Positions 22,677 to 36,218 are shown, counted from the whole stretch's first letter. The stretch: 51,283 nt of DNA, filler included, from Jimgerdemannia flammicorona (GCA_003990765.1; 2 parts of 2 records of this genome joined end to end with filler, not necessarily neighbours in it), one strand, 5' to 3'. Program-made: numbers and translations. The notes: a model not told the origin generated them from the sequence alone.

Positions 22677-23159
22677 GGTAGCAGAGATGGGGTTTAGTTC
22701 TAAAGAAGAGGGTGGGGAGTTGAAGAGGGTAGGATGTTGGAGAATAAGGAGGTTGGAGAGCAGGGAGAGGATGGGGGCAGAAAAGTGTGGGGAAGTGGTT
22801 TTTTTGTATGTTTTATATGCAACACCTACACGGGTTGAGACTTGGCATAATGAAAAATCTCACGTCTACAGTTGACTCGTAAATGGCAGTATATCATGTA
22901 ACGAGATTTCGGCAGTTCGATATTGCAGCAACATCTCCATGGGTCTTTTTGTACGTTAGAGTGGTCGTGGGGTGCAAGGGAATCTCATCTGGTCTGGTCG
23001 TTGCGGCGTGTCTAAAGGAGTGTTTTCGAGCCTTTAGAGTGGTCGTGGGCGTTCTCAGTGGAAGGAATTCGGCATAGCGACTTTGGCGTTCCGCCATTAC
23101 GGATGCAAAGGGAGTATGTGGAGATGGAAAGAAGAAAGTTTCGGTGATGGAGAATTCAT

Positions 23160-24175
23160 TTTAAAGTCATGAGACATACTTCACCATCATGCGCCAAGCT
23201 ATCTCTTTTTATGTTTCCCTTTCCACCTATAGAATGTGCTACCACACTGATTTTATTTTATTTTATTTTATTTATTTTTATTTTTATCTTTCAGGGCTCT
23301 CACCTGGTCTCCTCCACACTCTCTATATCACCCTGCCTCCCCAATGTCCAATGTTCCTAATGTCCTCCTTGTCCTTCCAAACCAACATGCCCACCTGACC
23401 CTACTATATGACTACACCCCCCCATTCTCTCATCCAGTCTAGCATATTCAAGTTCTCATCACATCTTACATCCTATAGCAAGAACAGATCCACATCCAGC
23501 CCTTTCAATCAGCTGAAAATATTCTGATACTGTACTGTACCCTGCAATCTATTGATATTCAAAGAGAAGATTCTAGTTATACTATTCATTTTGAATAATA
23601 ATTTTTAAGGACCCATTATCTGCTCTACAATTCTATACTCACTATATTACCAGAAATATCCAGATTTCTCTCTTCTACAAGTATATCTGCCTCTCCCTAC
23701 TGTACATCCAGGGCTTTTAATATATATCTCCTGATAGTCCTCACTATCTATAGCCTCTATATTAGATCAATACTTCTTATATACTACCTACTACTTCACC
23801 AACCCCTTCTTAGGTTCCTACAAATAAGCTGCATAGTCATTTATTATTACTAGAAGTACTGCTTCTCTGTTGTCATCCATTTTACATTTCTCCACCTTCA
23901 ATAAGTTCACCAATAGCTTATTTTGAAGCTTCTGTACCACTAGTACTCTAAATAGATGCAATTTATCTGAATGAGATTTAAATCAGATTCATTATATAAT
24001 GGATTCAAATCAACTTGGATTGGTCTTATGATCTGATCTAATTGATCCAGATTAATTCAGATTGATCTAGATTAATCTATCTGAATTGATTATATAAAAT
24101 ATTTAGTAATATTACTCTTTCTTTTATTCTGTTTTTTTTTTTCCTGCTATACTTTGGTAATATCATTCTTTTTTT

Positions 24176-24234
<59 letters not shown>

Positions 24235-25592
24235 CTCTTTTTCTTTTTTAATATTATTTTTTTTTTTTTATTTCTTCTCTTCTTTTGTTCTTTCTTTATT
24301 CTTTTTTTTTTGTTCTTTTTCTTTCCTGCTACATCATAAGCAAACAAAACAGTAGTTCTTAATCATATGTTGGTTAGTCTACTCATTTTTTTACCCTGCA
24401 ATGATCATCAAAAGAGAGAGTATTTGAGGTAGAAATATACTCTTTGCTGACAATGTTAGATTCTTTCTCATATGAGCAGTACATAAGCTACTTATTGAGA
24501 GTAGTAGCAGTAGTAATAGTGATAGTAATAGCAAAGATGAGAGAGAATTTCAGCAACAACTCATGGTGGCCCTTTAGACCTTGGAATTCACAGACCTCAT
24601 AGCTATATATATGGCAGCCTTTTTGGAGCAGCCAATAGTAGATATAGGTTGCTCTTTTCTGCTACTACTTGTTTAAATTCCCTCAGTATGATCTAATTCA
24701 TCTCATGCTCTTCTTAGGGTCCACAGCTTACTACTTGTTTTAAATTCCCTCAGTATGATCTAATTTACCTTATACTTTTCTTAGAGTCTACAGCTCTATA
24801 ATGAGATTTGTTAACTTTATTTACAATATCTAGTCAAGATGAAGAAAGGCTTAAGGATATTACAGAGCATATCTTTGATAGCTGAGCTGTTGAGTCAATA
24901 TATCATATAGCAGAGGTCTTAAAAGAAACAGAAGTAAGCCTTCATGAGCAATCTTGTATAACTTATTAGCATATAACTCATCAGTATATAACTTACTTAC
25001 ATATATTCTTTTCTGAAAATACTCATTTCTATATTTTATTTAACTTTATTTTTATGTAGTCTCTCCTAAAAACTTCTATGCAATATCTATATGCAACTCA
25101 TCTATATATAATCCATCTGCATATAACTTAGCTTCTCAGATTAGAGCTCAGTTCTATTAGAAGAGAGAATTCAAAGTTACCTGAGTTCAACTATATCTAA
25201 TATCTGATCAAATAGAGAAGTTTGAGAGTAAGATATTCAGCATATATAGTATCAGTATCACTATCAAGACTTGGGGGTCTATATTTGAATTAAAGCTAAT
25301 TATTTTTGACTAAGGAGTCTATTGGTCAGTAGGAGTATTTAATGATGAAGAGAATTATATCATTATTAATAATTATAGAGAGATGGTTGTAATAGTGGTA
25401 AGGAATCTCTATAGTGATAAGCTTCACTATTACATCAATGAGGTTTGTGAGAATTGTATCAAATATTAGGTGGCAGGAAAGAGGGGGCAAAAAAAGCAAG
25501 AAGGGGAATTTGGATAGAAATTGAATATATCACAATACTAATAAAGGATGGGTTCCAGAGTTCTGAAGTTCTTACTTATCTTTCTTTTTTTT
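23160..25592. repeat. CpG-depleted decayed repeat relics, including a long poly(T)/T-rich tract (~24130-24325) and a ~66-bp tandem duplication (~24661-24795)
   Basis: Abrupt loss of CpG, a poly-T run typical of a minus-strand retroelement tail, and CTACTTGTTT(T)AAATTCCCTCAGTATGATCTAATT present twice. Confidence 0.55.
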
Positions 25593-25692
25593 NNNNNNNN
25601 NNNNNNNNNNNNNNNNNNNNNNNNNNNNNNNNNNNNTTAATTAATTAANNNNNNNNNNNNNNNNNNNNNNNNNNNNNNNNNNNNNNNNNNNN
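25593..25692. other. Assembly gap spacer (N44-TTAATTAATTAA-N44)
   Basis: Exactly 100 bp with a six-frame stop linker inside the Ns, so it is artificial. Confidence 0.97.
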
Positions 25693-25836
25693 TGCTGGAC
25701 AATATAGTAGCCTAGGTTAATAGGGGGATATTGTTTGGTGGGTGGTGGGGGAGGGTTTTGGCCTATATAGTATAGGTTCCATTCAAATAAAAATCTGCAG
25801 AACTATGAGTCTGTTTAAAAAAAAAAAAAAAAAAAA
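25693..25836 (+). mobile_element. 3' end and poly(A) tail of LINE family B
   Basis: Closely similar to 51148-51283 (TGCTGGACAATA...GGTGGGTGGTGGGGGAGGGTTTTGGCCTATATAGT...AATAAAAATC...poly A). Confidence 0.85.
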
Positions 25837-27560
25837 GAGAACTAATATAAAAATCTAAAAAGAATACTTCTTTGAATCTGAATTATAAGAAATTAAATTT
25901 ATATTTAGAAAAAATAAGTCACTTATAACTATAGTTATCAAAGAAGAATAATATCTTTATTCTACTATAAGAACTATACTTTCTTAATTTTAGTACAACT
26001 ATATAAAAGAATAATTAAAAGGCTTCTTAATATATAAGTATCAAGTCTCTAAGTAATATCTTATTATCTGAATTATATATCTAAAAATAAGCTTGGAGTA
26101 ATAATAAGTATTATTATAATAAAAAAGTTATAAAGTTAGTAGTGGTGAAATTTTGAGCTATAAGAGTATTAAGAATAAGACTAAGAAACTCTTTATAAGT
26201 TAGAAATAAGACCTAATCTTAGATAGAAGACAATTAGATATTTATAAAAAATAATCTAAACCTCAACTTATAGATTAGAGCTAATCTAGTACTATTTACT
26301 GAAATTAATAGAATCTAAAAATATAGATTGAGAACTCTACAGACAGATTGCTAACTAGATTTATGAGAAATTATATTAAAACTTTAAAAACTTTTATCTA
26401 GCTCTTAAGAATATATAAGTAGAATATTAATTTACTACTCTTATTAGATATCAAATATATAACTGAATAAAAATTACTGAATTTATAATAGTAATAAAAT
26501 AACTTCTTAACTACTTTATAAAATATCACTCAATAGTTAGATAACTAGTTAAAGAGTTAATTAACTCATTAATATACTATTAGATCTAAGCTTTATACTT
26601 TAGATAGATGTTTTTATTCTTAGAATTCTCTTAGAGATAGTAAATATTTTATTAAGTTCTTTATTAACTTATATTCAAATTACTGACTAATAGTAATTTA
26701 TTCACTTAAATTATAAGATATTTATATAAATTAGTTAACTATATAAGTAATATTGATAATATCAATATTAAAATAAGAGATAATAAGATATAGAGATAAT
26801 ATATAAATTATAAGATTATAGATATAGATGATATAATAATTAATCTTAGAAATAAGAACTATAAGACTATCTAATTATCTAATAATTAATTCTTTTATAT
26901 AACTATCTATTTTCCTATATCTTAGAAAAAATATTATTATCTATCTAAAATATAAATTAGATTTCAGAATAGCTTGTAGAAGTGTGAAACTGTGAAATAA
27001 ATATAATAAAAATTCTATAAGTATTAGAAATAGAGATAAGTATAATAATTATATAAGTATTAAGAGTACAAAGATAAGAATAGATGAAAAATAAACTATA
27101 GAAATAATTATATAAGTGAATAAAGAGAGAAATTAATACTAAATTAGATTTAGTTATATTTTTAATTATCTTCATTATTAGGATTAGTTATCATAGATAT
27201 GAGGATATATTTTTGAATTTTTTAAATAGAGAAAGAGCTAATTAGGTAATCTATAGATAATACTCTAATCAATTATTCTCTATAATAAGTTTCAAACCAA
27301 TAGAGATCTAAAGGCAGATATACAACTAGTAGACTCTGGGTCTGGAGGTGAGAATATTTTCTTTTAGTTCAGATTTATAGTTATTCTCAGAAGTTTTAAA
27401 ATAAGAAGGTTCTTTAGTAGCTTTTTCTAAGAGAGAAGCTTCTTTTTCTAATACTGGTGACTTATATACTTAATAGTTAGATTTTTAAACAATATATTGA
27501 TTAGAGTTATTGACTGAGTAATATATAACTTAGATGACTTATTGTAGTACTTCTATGATA
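25837..27560. repeat. Extremely AT-rich hypermutated repeat relic; continues at 33503..34976 after the LINE insertion
   Basis: Essentially no CpG, few CpA/TpG, abundant TpA and no readable ORF. The LINE TSD shows that 27576 and 33503 were contiguous. The family cannot be identified. Confidence 0.55.
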
Positions 27561-27648
27561 TATATATAGTACTCCTCGGTAACATTCAGGTTACACAACC
27601 CTTTGGCAACACTTTCGACACAGTTTCTGAAGAAAAGCTACTAGTATT

Positions 27649-29679
27649 ATGGTGACCAACAAGCATCCGGAGGTGCATACTGGGTAGGGTGGCCCTGGAG
27701 CGTTTGACTGGCAGCAAGTGGGGAGAGGCCCCGGCCTGGGGGGAAGTATGAGGGGCCTGCTGGCGGGGGGCCGCGGTGGAAGAGGGGGTGGAGCTGGAGG
27801 TCAAGGGTCCGGCAGGGTGAGCTTTGCAGAGAAGGTGAAGGGGGGTCGACAGAGAGCTGGACTGGAGAGCTGGCTGAGAGGGGGGAAGGTACCGGTGGTG
27901 GCTTCCAGGCAGCAACCACTTGGAGGTGCCTCTCTGGAGGGCCATAGGAGTGGAGCTGGGGGAGTAGCGGCTGGGGCGGGGACTGCTGATGGGGGTGTGA
28001 CGGGTGATCTGGAAAAAAATCTAGATGGGACTGCTGATGGTGAGCCGAGCAGTGGGAAGGGCATGAGGCCCGGGGACCTGGCGGATGGTGTAACGGGACT
28101 GGTGGTGGCTCCGTTACTCAAGAAGTCGATCTCGGCATTCGCAGTTACGCTGTGCTTCAGGGGCTTAGCAGTAATGGCAAAAATGGTGTTGGGGCTTATT
28201 GCTAAGCAGGTGGCAGGAGCGGCTTCAGTGAAGTTTCTGAAGGGACTGGAGGGGGTGGAGGTGGGATTTGAGGAGGTGGAACCGCTGGAGGAGGCGCTGA
28301 AGGTTGGGTTAGTGGTTGGGGAGGTGTATGTTCCAATGGCAAGGTGCTTGAAATGGGATCCAAGGGTGGTCCAACTGCTGGTGAAAGGAGTACCCACGGT
28401 GATGGCAATGGAGACAAGGAAGAGAGTGGAGGATGTCATGGCAGAGTATGGCGAGGTAGTGGATATCGGATTCAGGGTCTGGAAAGGGACCGCGCTCAGG
28501 ACTGGGGATGTGGATGTGAGGATTCGGCTAGCTGGGAAAGAGGCTACTGGGAAGATGAGGGACTGGCCTTCGGTGTTGGTCTGGGGGGCCTTTCTATGCA
28601 AGGTGACGTGGGTGAAGGGGAGTAAAGAAGAGGAGGAGGATTTATTGGAAGTGCTGGAGGAGCTGGATGGGGCTGTGGAACGGCGAGCTAAGGCTTGGAA
28701 GACTTTTGAGGAGTCGACGCTTCTGGAGGTGGTGGATGGAAAGAGGATTCGAGTGGACAAGGTGCAGTGGGAAAGGGCTCAAGGACGGAAGAGGCAGAAG
28801 GATTTGCTGGCCAAGCTGGGGGGTGGTCATCAGAAGGATGCGAGCATGAAGATGGGTATAGAAGGGGCCGGAGCGAGTGTCTGGGCTGGTGAGAGGAGTG
28901 GGAATGAAGGGGCAGGGTCCGGAAAGGCTAAGGAGGTGGAGATTAGAGACCTATATGCTGACAGCACCTTGGAGATTTGGGATGCCGGCTGGGAGAACTC
29001 CCCCACCCCTTTCCCTCTAATCAGGCATGGCCCGGCTTCCAGGAACAAGCCTGGGGAGGACGTGACGATGCTGGGAACCCAGCAGGTGAAATTCAGCGTT
29101 CCGGAGGTGTTGGATGGGGACCAAGTGGGGGTAGCAGGGGAGGAGGAACTGGTAGATGTCCCGGAGGTGTGGGATGAGGACACGAGCGCGGGAGCGGACA
29201 CCACAATGCTGGATGGAGGGAGGCCGGCGACCCCGGGTGGTAAGGAGGTGGGGAACCTACTTTGGATGTGCCGGATGATGAATAACCTGGTGGCGGACGA
29301 GCTGGGGGAGGTGGACTTGCATGGGATGAGTGATGAGCACTGGACGAGAATTTTGCAGGGGGAAGGAGTGGTGATGGCGCTGAAGGTGGAAATTCTCGCG
29401 GTGTACCTGGCGGAGGAAGGGTATGAGGTGGATAAGGAGAGGGAGGCAGAGTTGGCAGTGGTCGTGGGGGAGAAGGCTGAATACTGTTGGAACAGGCGTC
29501 ATGGGTTGTAACTTTGGCAGGAGGCTTGCATCGAGTACCGTGAGGAGTTTGAGGAGAAGGCTGATGAGGAGATGAATGAGCTGTTGGCTGGACTGGAGGC
29601 TCAGAGGGCCGAAGAGGAGGAGGTGATGGCTGAACATAATCTGGACACGGCATGGGAGGAGAGGGGCATGGAGCAGTAG
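27649..29679 (+). pseudogene. LINE ORF1 (Gly-rich N-terminus, RRM-like core, acidic helical C-terminus)
   Basis: ATG at 27649 (MVTN..., also in copy 2). Premature stops at ~27685 (CAG in copy 2) and 29509. RRM-like VKGVP...MAEYGEVVDIGFRVWKGTALRTGDVDVRI. Confidence 0.8.
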
Positions 29680-29709
29680 GGATTGATCGAGAACAAACCG
29701 TATTTCATT

Positions 29710-32700
29710 ATGAACAGTACAACCAACATTTTTTCTTTAAACGTGAATGGGCTTAGGGGCACAGCTAGACGCAGGAACATTTTTCTTTGGTTGAAGGGAT
29801 TGGAGGCCGATCTCTTCCTCTTGCAGGACGTCAGGTGCGAGGATGATGCTGATAGGATGGAATGGACTAAGGAATGGGGTGGTATGGCGATTTGGAACAG
29901 CAAGGTTGGGATTCTGGTTCGGAAAGGCAGAGGGGAGATAAAGGATGTGAGGAGCTGGGGGGAGAGACTGGTCTGGGGTGAGTGGATTCGAGCGGGTTGG
30001 GAGCCGGTCACAGTTGGCTCCTGTTATTGCCCTGCAGTACGGGGGGAGCATGTGGAATGGGTGAAAGGATTACTGGAGAGTGGGATACTTGCTGAAGCTG
30101 GGTTGGATATGCATGGAGGAGATTTCAATATGGTTCGGGATGTATGACTGGATAGAACTGATGGAGGACGGGGTGCGGAGAGCAGGAGTGGGGGGTTAGC
30201 GATGTGGGAGGAGGTTGAAAGGCTAGGAGCACTGGTGGATGCTGGTAGGGAGTACTGGGGGGACAGGAGAGTATATATGCATTGGGCTGGAGGTCTGGGG
30301 ACGAGGATTGACTGGATTCTGATGGCCGACTGTTGGGGCCGCGATGTCTGGAAGGTGTTAGAGGTTGAATGGTGCCCGTGGTCGGATCACTGGGGTCTCT
30401 TGGGACAGGGGTTTTTTGGGGGAAGTAGAGATGGGCCTGGACATTGGTGCCTGAATTCCTCCTTGTTGGATGATGAGGTCCAGTGGGAGGAGTGGGCGAA
30501 AGACATTCAGCTGAAGGTGGCGGATTGGCGGCAGGAAGGGGCAGTGATTGGGGTTCAGTGGATGAGGATGAAAGAGATGGCCAGGATGTATTGGAGCGAG
30601 GTTGGCAGAGTGGCTGGGAAGCAGCAAAGGCAGAAAGTACATTGGGCTTCTACTAGGTTGGCTAGACTCCTGGAAGAATGGGCGAGACTGGCTACAGTGG
30701 AGGGAGAAGAGGATTGGAGACTTACAAGGGTGAGGATGGAGGTTGGGGAACTGCAACAGGTGCTGCGGGAAGAGGAAGAGTCAAGGGTGCAGGGCCTGGT
30801 GGCTCGGCTTCGTTGGCAGGGGGTGGAGGAAGGGGAGAGGCCTTCCAAGTTTCTCACAAGGACACTTCGGGTGAGAAGGGTACAACAGCGGTGGGAAGGG
30901 GTACTTGACTCAGATGATGTACTAGTGCATGGTGTACAGGACATCCTTGGAATGCTGAAGGCGCGATGGAGTGGATTGTGGAGTGAGGAGGAGGGTGGGA
31001 CAGATGCTACAGCCATTGACCAAACGTTAGAAGATTGGCACCCACCGAGGGCTGAGGGACTAGGTGATCTGGTGATGCCAGTAAAGGAGGATGAGATCCA
31101 CCAGGTTCTTGCCGCGACAGCCTCAGATACAGCGCCTGGGGAGGATGGCCTCCCCTGGGATTTCTGGAAGCGAATGGTTGGAGTCCCGGGTATATTGGGG
31201 GAGTTGACAGCACTGTGTGACTCTATATTGCAGTCAGGGAGATGGGTGGGAGAGCAAGACCTTGGGCTGGTGATGCTACTCTATAAGAACAAGGGTAGGC
31301 GAGAGGATTGGAGGAACTGACGGCCGATAATGCTGTTAGATATGGATAGGAAGTTGGTGACTAAGGTGGTGGTGGCAAGGCTACAGAAGGTGGCCCAGCA
31401 GATTGTGGGTGTTGAACAGAGGGGCTTCATTGGGGGTCGGCTCATTAGAGATGGCATGGCCTGGGTGCATGGAGTTATCGAAGGTGCTCGAGCCTGTGGA
31501 CTAGATGGGCATCTTGTCTTCTTGGATCAGGAGAAGGCTTATGACCGGGTACGGCGGGTCTGGCTGGTGAAGGTATTGGATAGAATTGGAGTTCCAGCCT
31601 CATTTCGGTCAGTGATGATCAGCCTTCTGGAAAGGAGTAGGGCTGCGCTGGTGTGCAATGGACATCGAGGGGTGGCTTTCCCTCTGGGCAGGGGAGTGCC
31701 CCAGGGGGGACCCACTGTCCCCCATTCTGTATGCTCTTTCTTTGGAACCCCTCATGGACAGGATTCAGCAGAGGATCGTGGGGCTATCTATCTATGGAGT
31801 TGCCTGGAAGGTCGGAGCCTTTGCAGACGACATAGTGGTTGGTCTGGGGGTGACTGTGGATGTCGAGGAGCTCCAGAAGACAGTGGAGTGGTATGAGGCG
31901 AACTCGGGGGCAAAGCTGAATTGGCACAAGTGTGAGACAATGGTGCTGGGCAATGGCTTGGTGGGTGGGGAGGTTATTGGAACAATTGTCCCCACCGGAG
32001 AGGCAGTGCGGTACTTGGGCATCTATCTGTCGGTCTATGGGTCTGTTTTGCCCAGGCTGTAGTGGGAGCAGAGGATTGGAATTTGGGAGGAAGACCTACG
32101 GGGTTGGGGAGTTAGACACTTCTCTCTGGCAGGAAGGATCTCGATTTTGAATGTTTACTGGCTGCCGAAGCTGTGGTATTTGGCCTATCATCTGGACTTC
32201 CCAGCCTGGGTGGTGAAGAGATTGGTAAAGGTGGCCAAGGGATGGATTTGGGCTGGCAGACAGAGCCAGATTGGTTGGGAGACTCTGTCCCTACCGGTGA
32301 CAAGAGGTGGTCTTGGGCTGGTGGACTTCCCCAAAAGACTTCACTGCTTGCGGGCATGGTGGCTGAGGAGGGCGGTGGGGTTGTGTGGAGGGGGCTAGGT
32401 CCCCTTGCTGCAGAAGATATGGGAGGGGAGGACATCACCTAGAGGCTTGACTGGCGATCTTCTTTCATTAGTTGGGCTTCAGAACACTGCGCAACTGAGA
32501 TATAAAGGCTTCTGGTGGGGTATAGCTGAGGGGGCACACCGCATTGGTATTCGTTGGCGAGGGGATGAAGGGGAGAGGGATTGGGGCCCAGCAATGTGGA
32601 GGTGGGATTGTATTCTTCTGGGGGGCATGCCTTTACTGGAGTTCAACATTAGTGATGGCATTGAATGCCAAAGGGGACCAGGCCAGGATCTGTGGCCTAG

Positions 32701-33367
32701 CGGTTGGCAAGGAGTTGGAATTGGTAAGGAGTGGGACTGGCATGGGGTTTGGACCTGGAGTGCCGTGGTGAAAAGTTGGATGCTGCTGAGGTACTGGATA
32801 GTCTGGTGGCGGGTGCTGAGGAGGAATGTGATGCTTAACTTCCGCTCTGGACACCTTGTGGTCAGAGGCTGCTTTGACTGCGAGGAATACCATAATGTAG
32901 GGCAGGAAGGGGGATTGGTACAGACGCCAGAACATTGGCTAGGGGAGTGTGAGGTGTTGGGAGACTTTTGGTGGGCCATTGGGGACCGCTTGGGGGTAAG
33001 GCGTAGGGGGGATGATGTACGGGGGAGGTGGGAGGACCTGAGGGACTGATTGATAGGAGGGGTAGGGGAAGAGTGGATTACGTTAGGCTGGGCATTGGCT
33101 ATTTGGGTAGGGCTGGCCGGTCACTGGCTATTTGTATTTGAGGAGGAGAAGCGACAGGGCTTGGGGAGCAGGTTAGCAAGGTGGCAGTTCCTTATGGAAG
33201 ACACCTTGATGGGATGGTGGCTTGGCTGGGGGCTGCAGGGGGGTCGGAGGCGTCGCTTAGTGGTGAAAATCTGTAGTCAGAGTGGTGGGAGAGTTGGCAT
33301 TGTTGGTGAGAGGGTGGTCTTTGTATGTGAGAAGGTAGGGTGGGGCTCCCCGATGGGGATTGGTTAG
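29710..33367 (+). pseudogene. LINE ORF2: apurinic endonuclease plus reverse transcriptase
   Basis: APE motifs SLNVNGLRG, GGDFN, RIDWIL, SDH. RT motifs APGEDGLP, (W)RPIMLLDMDRKL, DQEKAYDRV, GVPQG/DPLSP, FADD, RYLG. Several TGA/TAG stops and a +1 frameshift in a G run near 31705. Confidence 0.92.
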
Positions 33368-33429
33368 TGGGTGGTTATATTGTATACTTACTCATAGACT
33401 GGTAATAAAGACGGAGTCCAAGAGACTAT

Positions 33430-33460
<31 letters not shown>

Positions 33461-35069
33461 TAAAAAAAAAAAAAAAAAAAAAAAATTATATATAGTACTC
33501 CTTTAAAAATCTCTATAATATCTATAAGATATTTTATTAATTATCTTATAGAGAAGAAAAATATTATTCTAATAAGATAAGTTCAGTATCTTTAGTTCTT
33601 ATAGTAACTCAGATACTTCTGATATAGTTAGCTACCTTGGTTTTAAGCTAAGTATAGTCTTTCTCAGAGAGATAAATAATATCTCAGAAGGTTATTTTTT
33701 TAAAATAAATAAATATATATATTTTTTTCTATTATATAGATATGAGATTTCTTTATTAACTAATATATAACAAATATATAATTCTCATACCATAACAGTA
33801 GCCTCAATCTAATCTACTCTACTTTATTTTCTCAATATATCTCTCTCTCTCATCCTTACTCTCTCAAAAATAAATATATATACTATTAACTACTATGACC
33901 CACTCATGACTCTTCTTATAAATCTCTTCTATTAGGTATCAACAGTGACCTCTCTAATAGCTCCACTCCTTCCACCAGTCAGATAGAATATCCACTATCA
34001 GTCTCTTCTATCTCACTATCTTTTCTTCTAAGAATATCTGCCTCCTATCCTTAAACATATATATAGCCAGTATCTAACCAACCACACCCATACTGCTAAT
34101 ATCCACTCAATAGTGAGTTACTCATTACTAATATATCCAACCAATCACAAAATAAATAATTATTCAGAGTAGATATCAGAATATCTAATAAATATAAAGA
34201 GTCTTCTCAATTTAGTTCTAAGTAATCAGAAGCTTTCTAATGAGATTTTCTTAGTTATTATTACTGACTTCATTATAGAGATAGTGATCAATCTCATAAT
34301 TATACAAAAGAACAAGATATATTTTGCTAATTTTGAGCTTATATATTATAGTATTATAATAGTTAATAAAGTAGCTTAGATCTTCTATAAAGAAGTTGAA
34401 ATATTTAACAATATTTGGATGATAATAAGCTATATTGATGGTCTTGAAGATATGTGCTTTAGAGCTAAGAATTGGAGAAGAGCTGTAGACTATTTAATAG
34501 ATAGAGACTATTGAGATAATATTAATCTAAATAGTTTTTATAGAGATCTTAAATAATAAAAACAAGATTACTAATGATCTGAAGTTCTTGAAAATTTGAA
34601 GATAATACTATTTAGTAGTCACTTTGTCTCATTACTGATAAGACTATATTTAATAGTTATAAAGCTAAGTATCTTTTATTCAAATTCTTGAATAATATTA
34701 TATTAATATATTATAATATATATTTTTATTTAGAAATTAGTATAAATAGTATACTATATTTTATTTTATATTTCTACTATTATGTACTAAGTAACATAGT
34801 ATAACTAGATGATATAAATATTATAGTTATTTATTACTGCAGAAATTATATAAATAATCAGTTAACTAGGAAGAAAAATGGACAGCTAATATCTACTAGA
34901 TAGTAAATATCTACCAGATAGTAAATATCTGCTATATAGTAGATATTTATTATACAGTCAATATCTGCAAATCTATTGTGACATATGCAATCGACAATGG
35001 AGTACCGGTGACTGCTAAGATCAGATGATATAATGATGTGACAATCAAATAGACAGTCTGACCCATTAG

Positions 35070-36170
35070 GTGATCATCCCAAAAGAAGACAAGAAGATCC
35101 GAGCCAAAATGAAGACCACGTTATTTAAGGAACCATACTCCGCCTCAGAGATCGGCACCAAAGAGCCAAGTACCCACCACACAATACCTCCCATTTGCCG
35201 ATCCAACCAGACCTCCCGCCGCTCTATCCCTTTGCCTGGCCCAAAGACCCTGATCTTTGAAGCTATCAAGAAGGCCATCTGGCGCCCAGATACTTCCAAA
35301 CACTTGAACTTCTACACCGAGGACCTTGGACACTTCATCAACTACTGGTATATAATGACCCAATAGCTCAAAGATACTACCAAATGAATGACCCTCTGGC
35401 ATGACTACGAAATCAGACACCACCTTTGCAATGAGACTCAAGAAGATGACTGGGAAGGCCTTATTACCAAATTGATAACCACTAGCCAGCTAATCAAGAG
35501 AGCCCTCCATGTCCACCAAATCTTCTGCCATATTCCCTAGGCCATAGCATACTTGCAAGGAGTAATGGCTGGCAGCCTCTCCCACCTTTCAACCGAAGAT
35601 GCTGACTGGATAGAATCTGAAGTAGCCAACTCTATTGGCAGCAACCACGTCGCTGTAGGAAGCCAACAAACTGAACCTACTCAGCCAGGTTTCCACACCA
35701 CCCCACTCTGAGACAACCATCAAGGTCACCTAATGAGTCTTATGGAGATATTTGAAGGACTACCCATTACTATAGAAGTACCCATTGGAGCTACCCCAAC
35801 CACCCACCACCCTGCCAGCCACAATTCACATCTCATCATTTGGGAACCGAATTAAGAAGAAGCCCAAGAGGTCCCTGTCTTTGAAGAGGAAGCCCAAGAA
35901 CTCCAAGACCCTGCCCCTGAAGAAACCCCCTCTGAGACTGAAACTGATGAGTCTTCAGAAGAAGAAGAGGAGCAACAGAGAGTCTACCAGTCCTCTGTCC
36001 ACATTCAAGCTGTTCAAGGGTTGGAGAATGTTGTTGAAGATGACTGGCCACTTGTCTACCCCCTCACCTCTTGGCTGGCACTTCCCCCTTTTGAGGAGAG
36101 GTATGACGAAGAAGAAATCTTAACCCAGCAAGATTTGTCTGCCGTGGATGAAGGGTACTATTTCCTCTAG
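35070..36170 (+). pseudogene. LTR (U3)-encoded protein of unknown function, ~360 codons with 5 premature stops
   Basis: A single frame reads IFEAIKKAIW...HFINYWYIM...LWHDYEIRHHLC...RALHVHQIFCHIP*AIAYLQGV...DNHQGHLMSLMEIFEG followed by an acidic tail, and aligns by eye to the ORF in the Gypsy LTRs. Confidence 0.75.
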
Positions 36171-36218
36171 AAGTACCACCTGTCAGCCATGAGAATTGTG
36201 CAGCCTTCATGTCAGTAA

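Larger units (their letters stand above)
27577..33486 (+). mobile_element. Full-length non-LTR retrotransposon (L1/Tx1-like LINE, family A), copy 1, inactivated
   Basis: ORF1 plus ORF2 (APE and RT), AATAAA at ~33404, poly(A) at 33430-33485, and a 16-bp TSD TATATATAGTACTCCT at 27561-27576 and 33487-33502. Confidence 0.95.

Noticed and set aside
24147..24347. Poly-Lys / poly-Phe ORFs (also 37757..38120 and 12675..12887)
   Set aside because: Translations of homopolymer tracts, mostly retroelement poly(A) tails.
25637..25648. Palindromic TTAATTAATTAA inside the N run
   Set aside because: Artificial six-frame stop linker in a 100-bp scaffold spacer. Adjacency across it is not guaranteed.
27801..28760. 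319-aa Ser/Pro/Thr-rich antisense ORF and similar antisense ORFs in both LINE copies
   Set aside because: Shadow frames of G-rich LINE ORF1/ORF2 with no independent motifs.
33770..33800. PBS-like TGGTATGAGAAT on the minus strand suggesting a Copia relic
   Set aside because: Surrounding sequence is too mutated to confirm LTR ends or coding motifs, so it is left as an unclassified relic.
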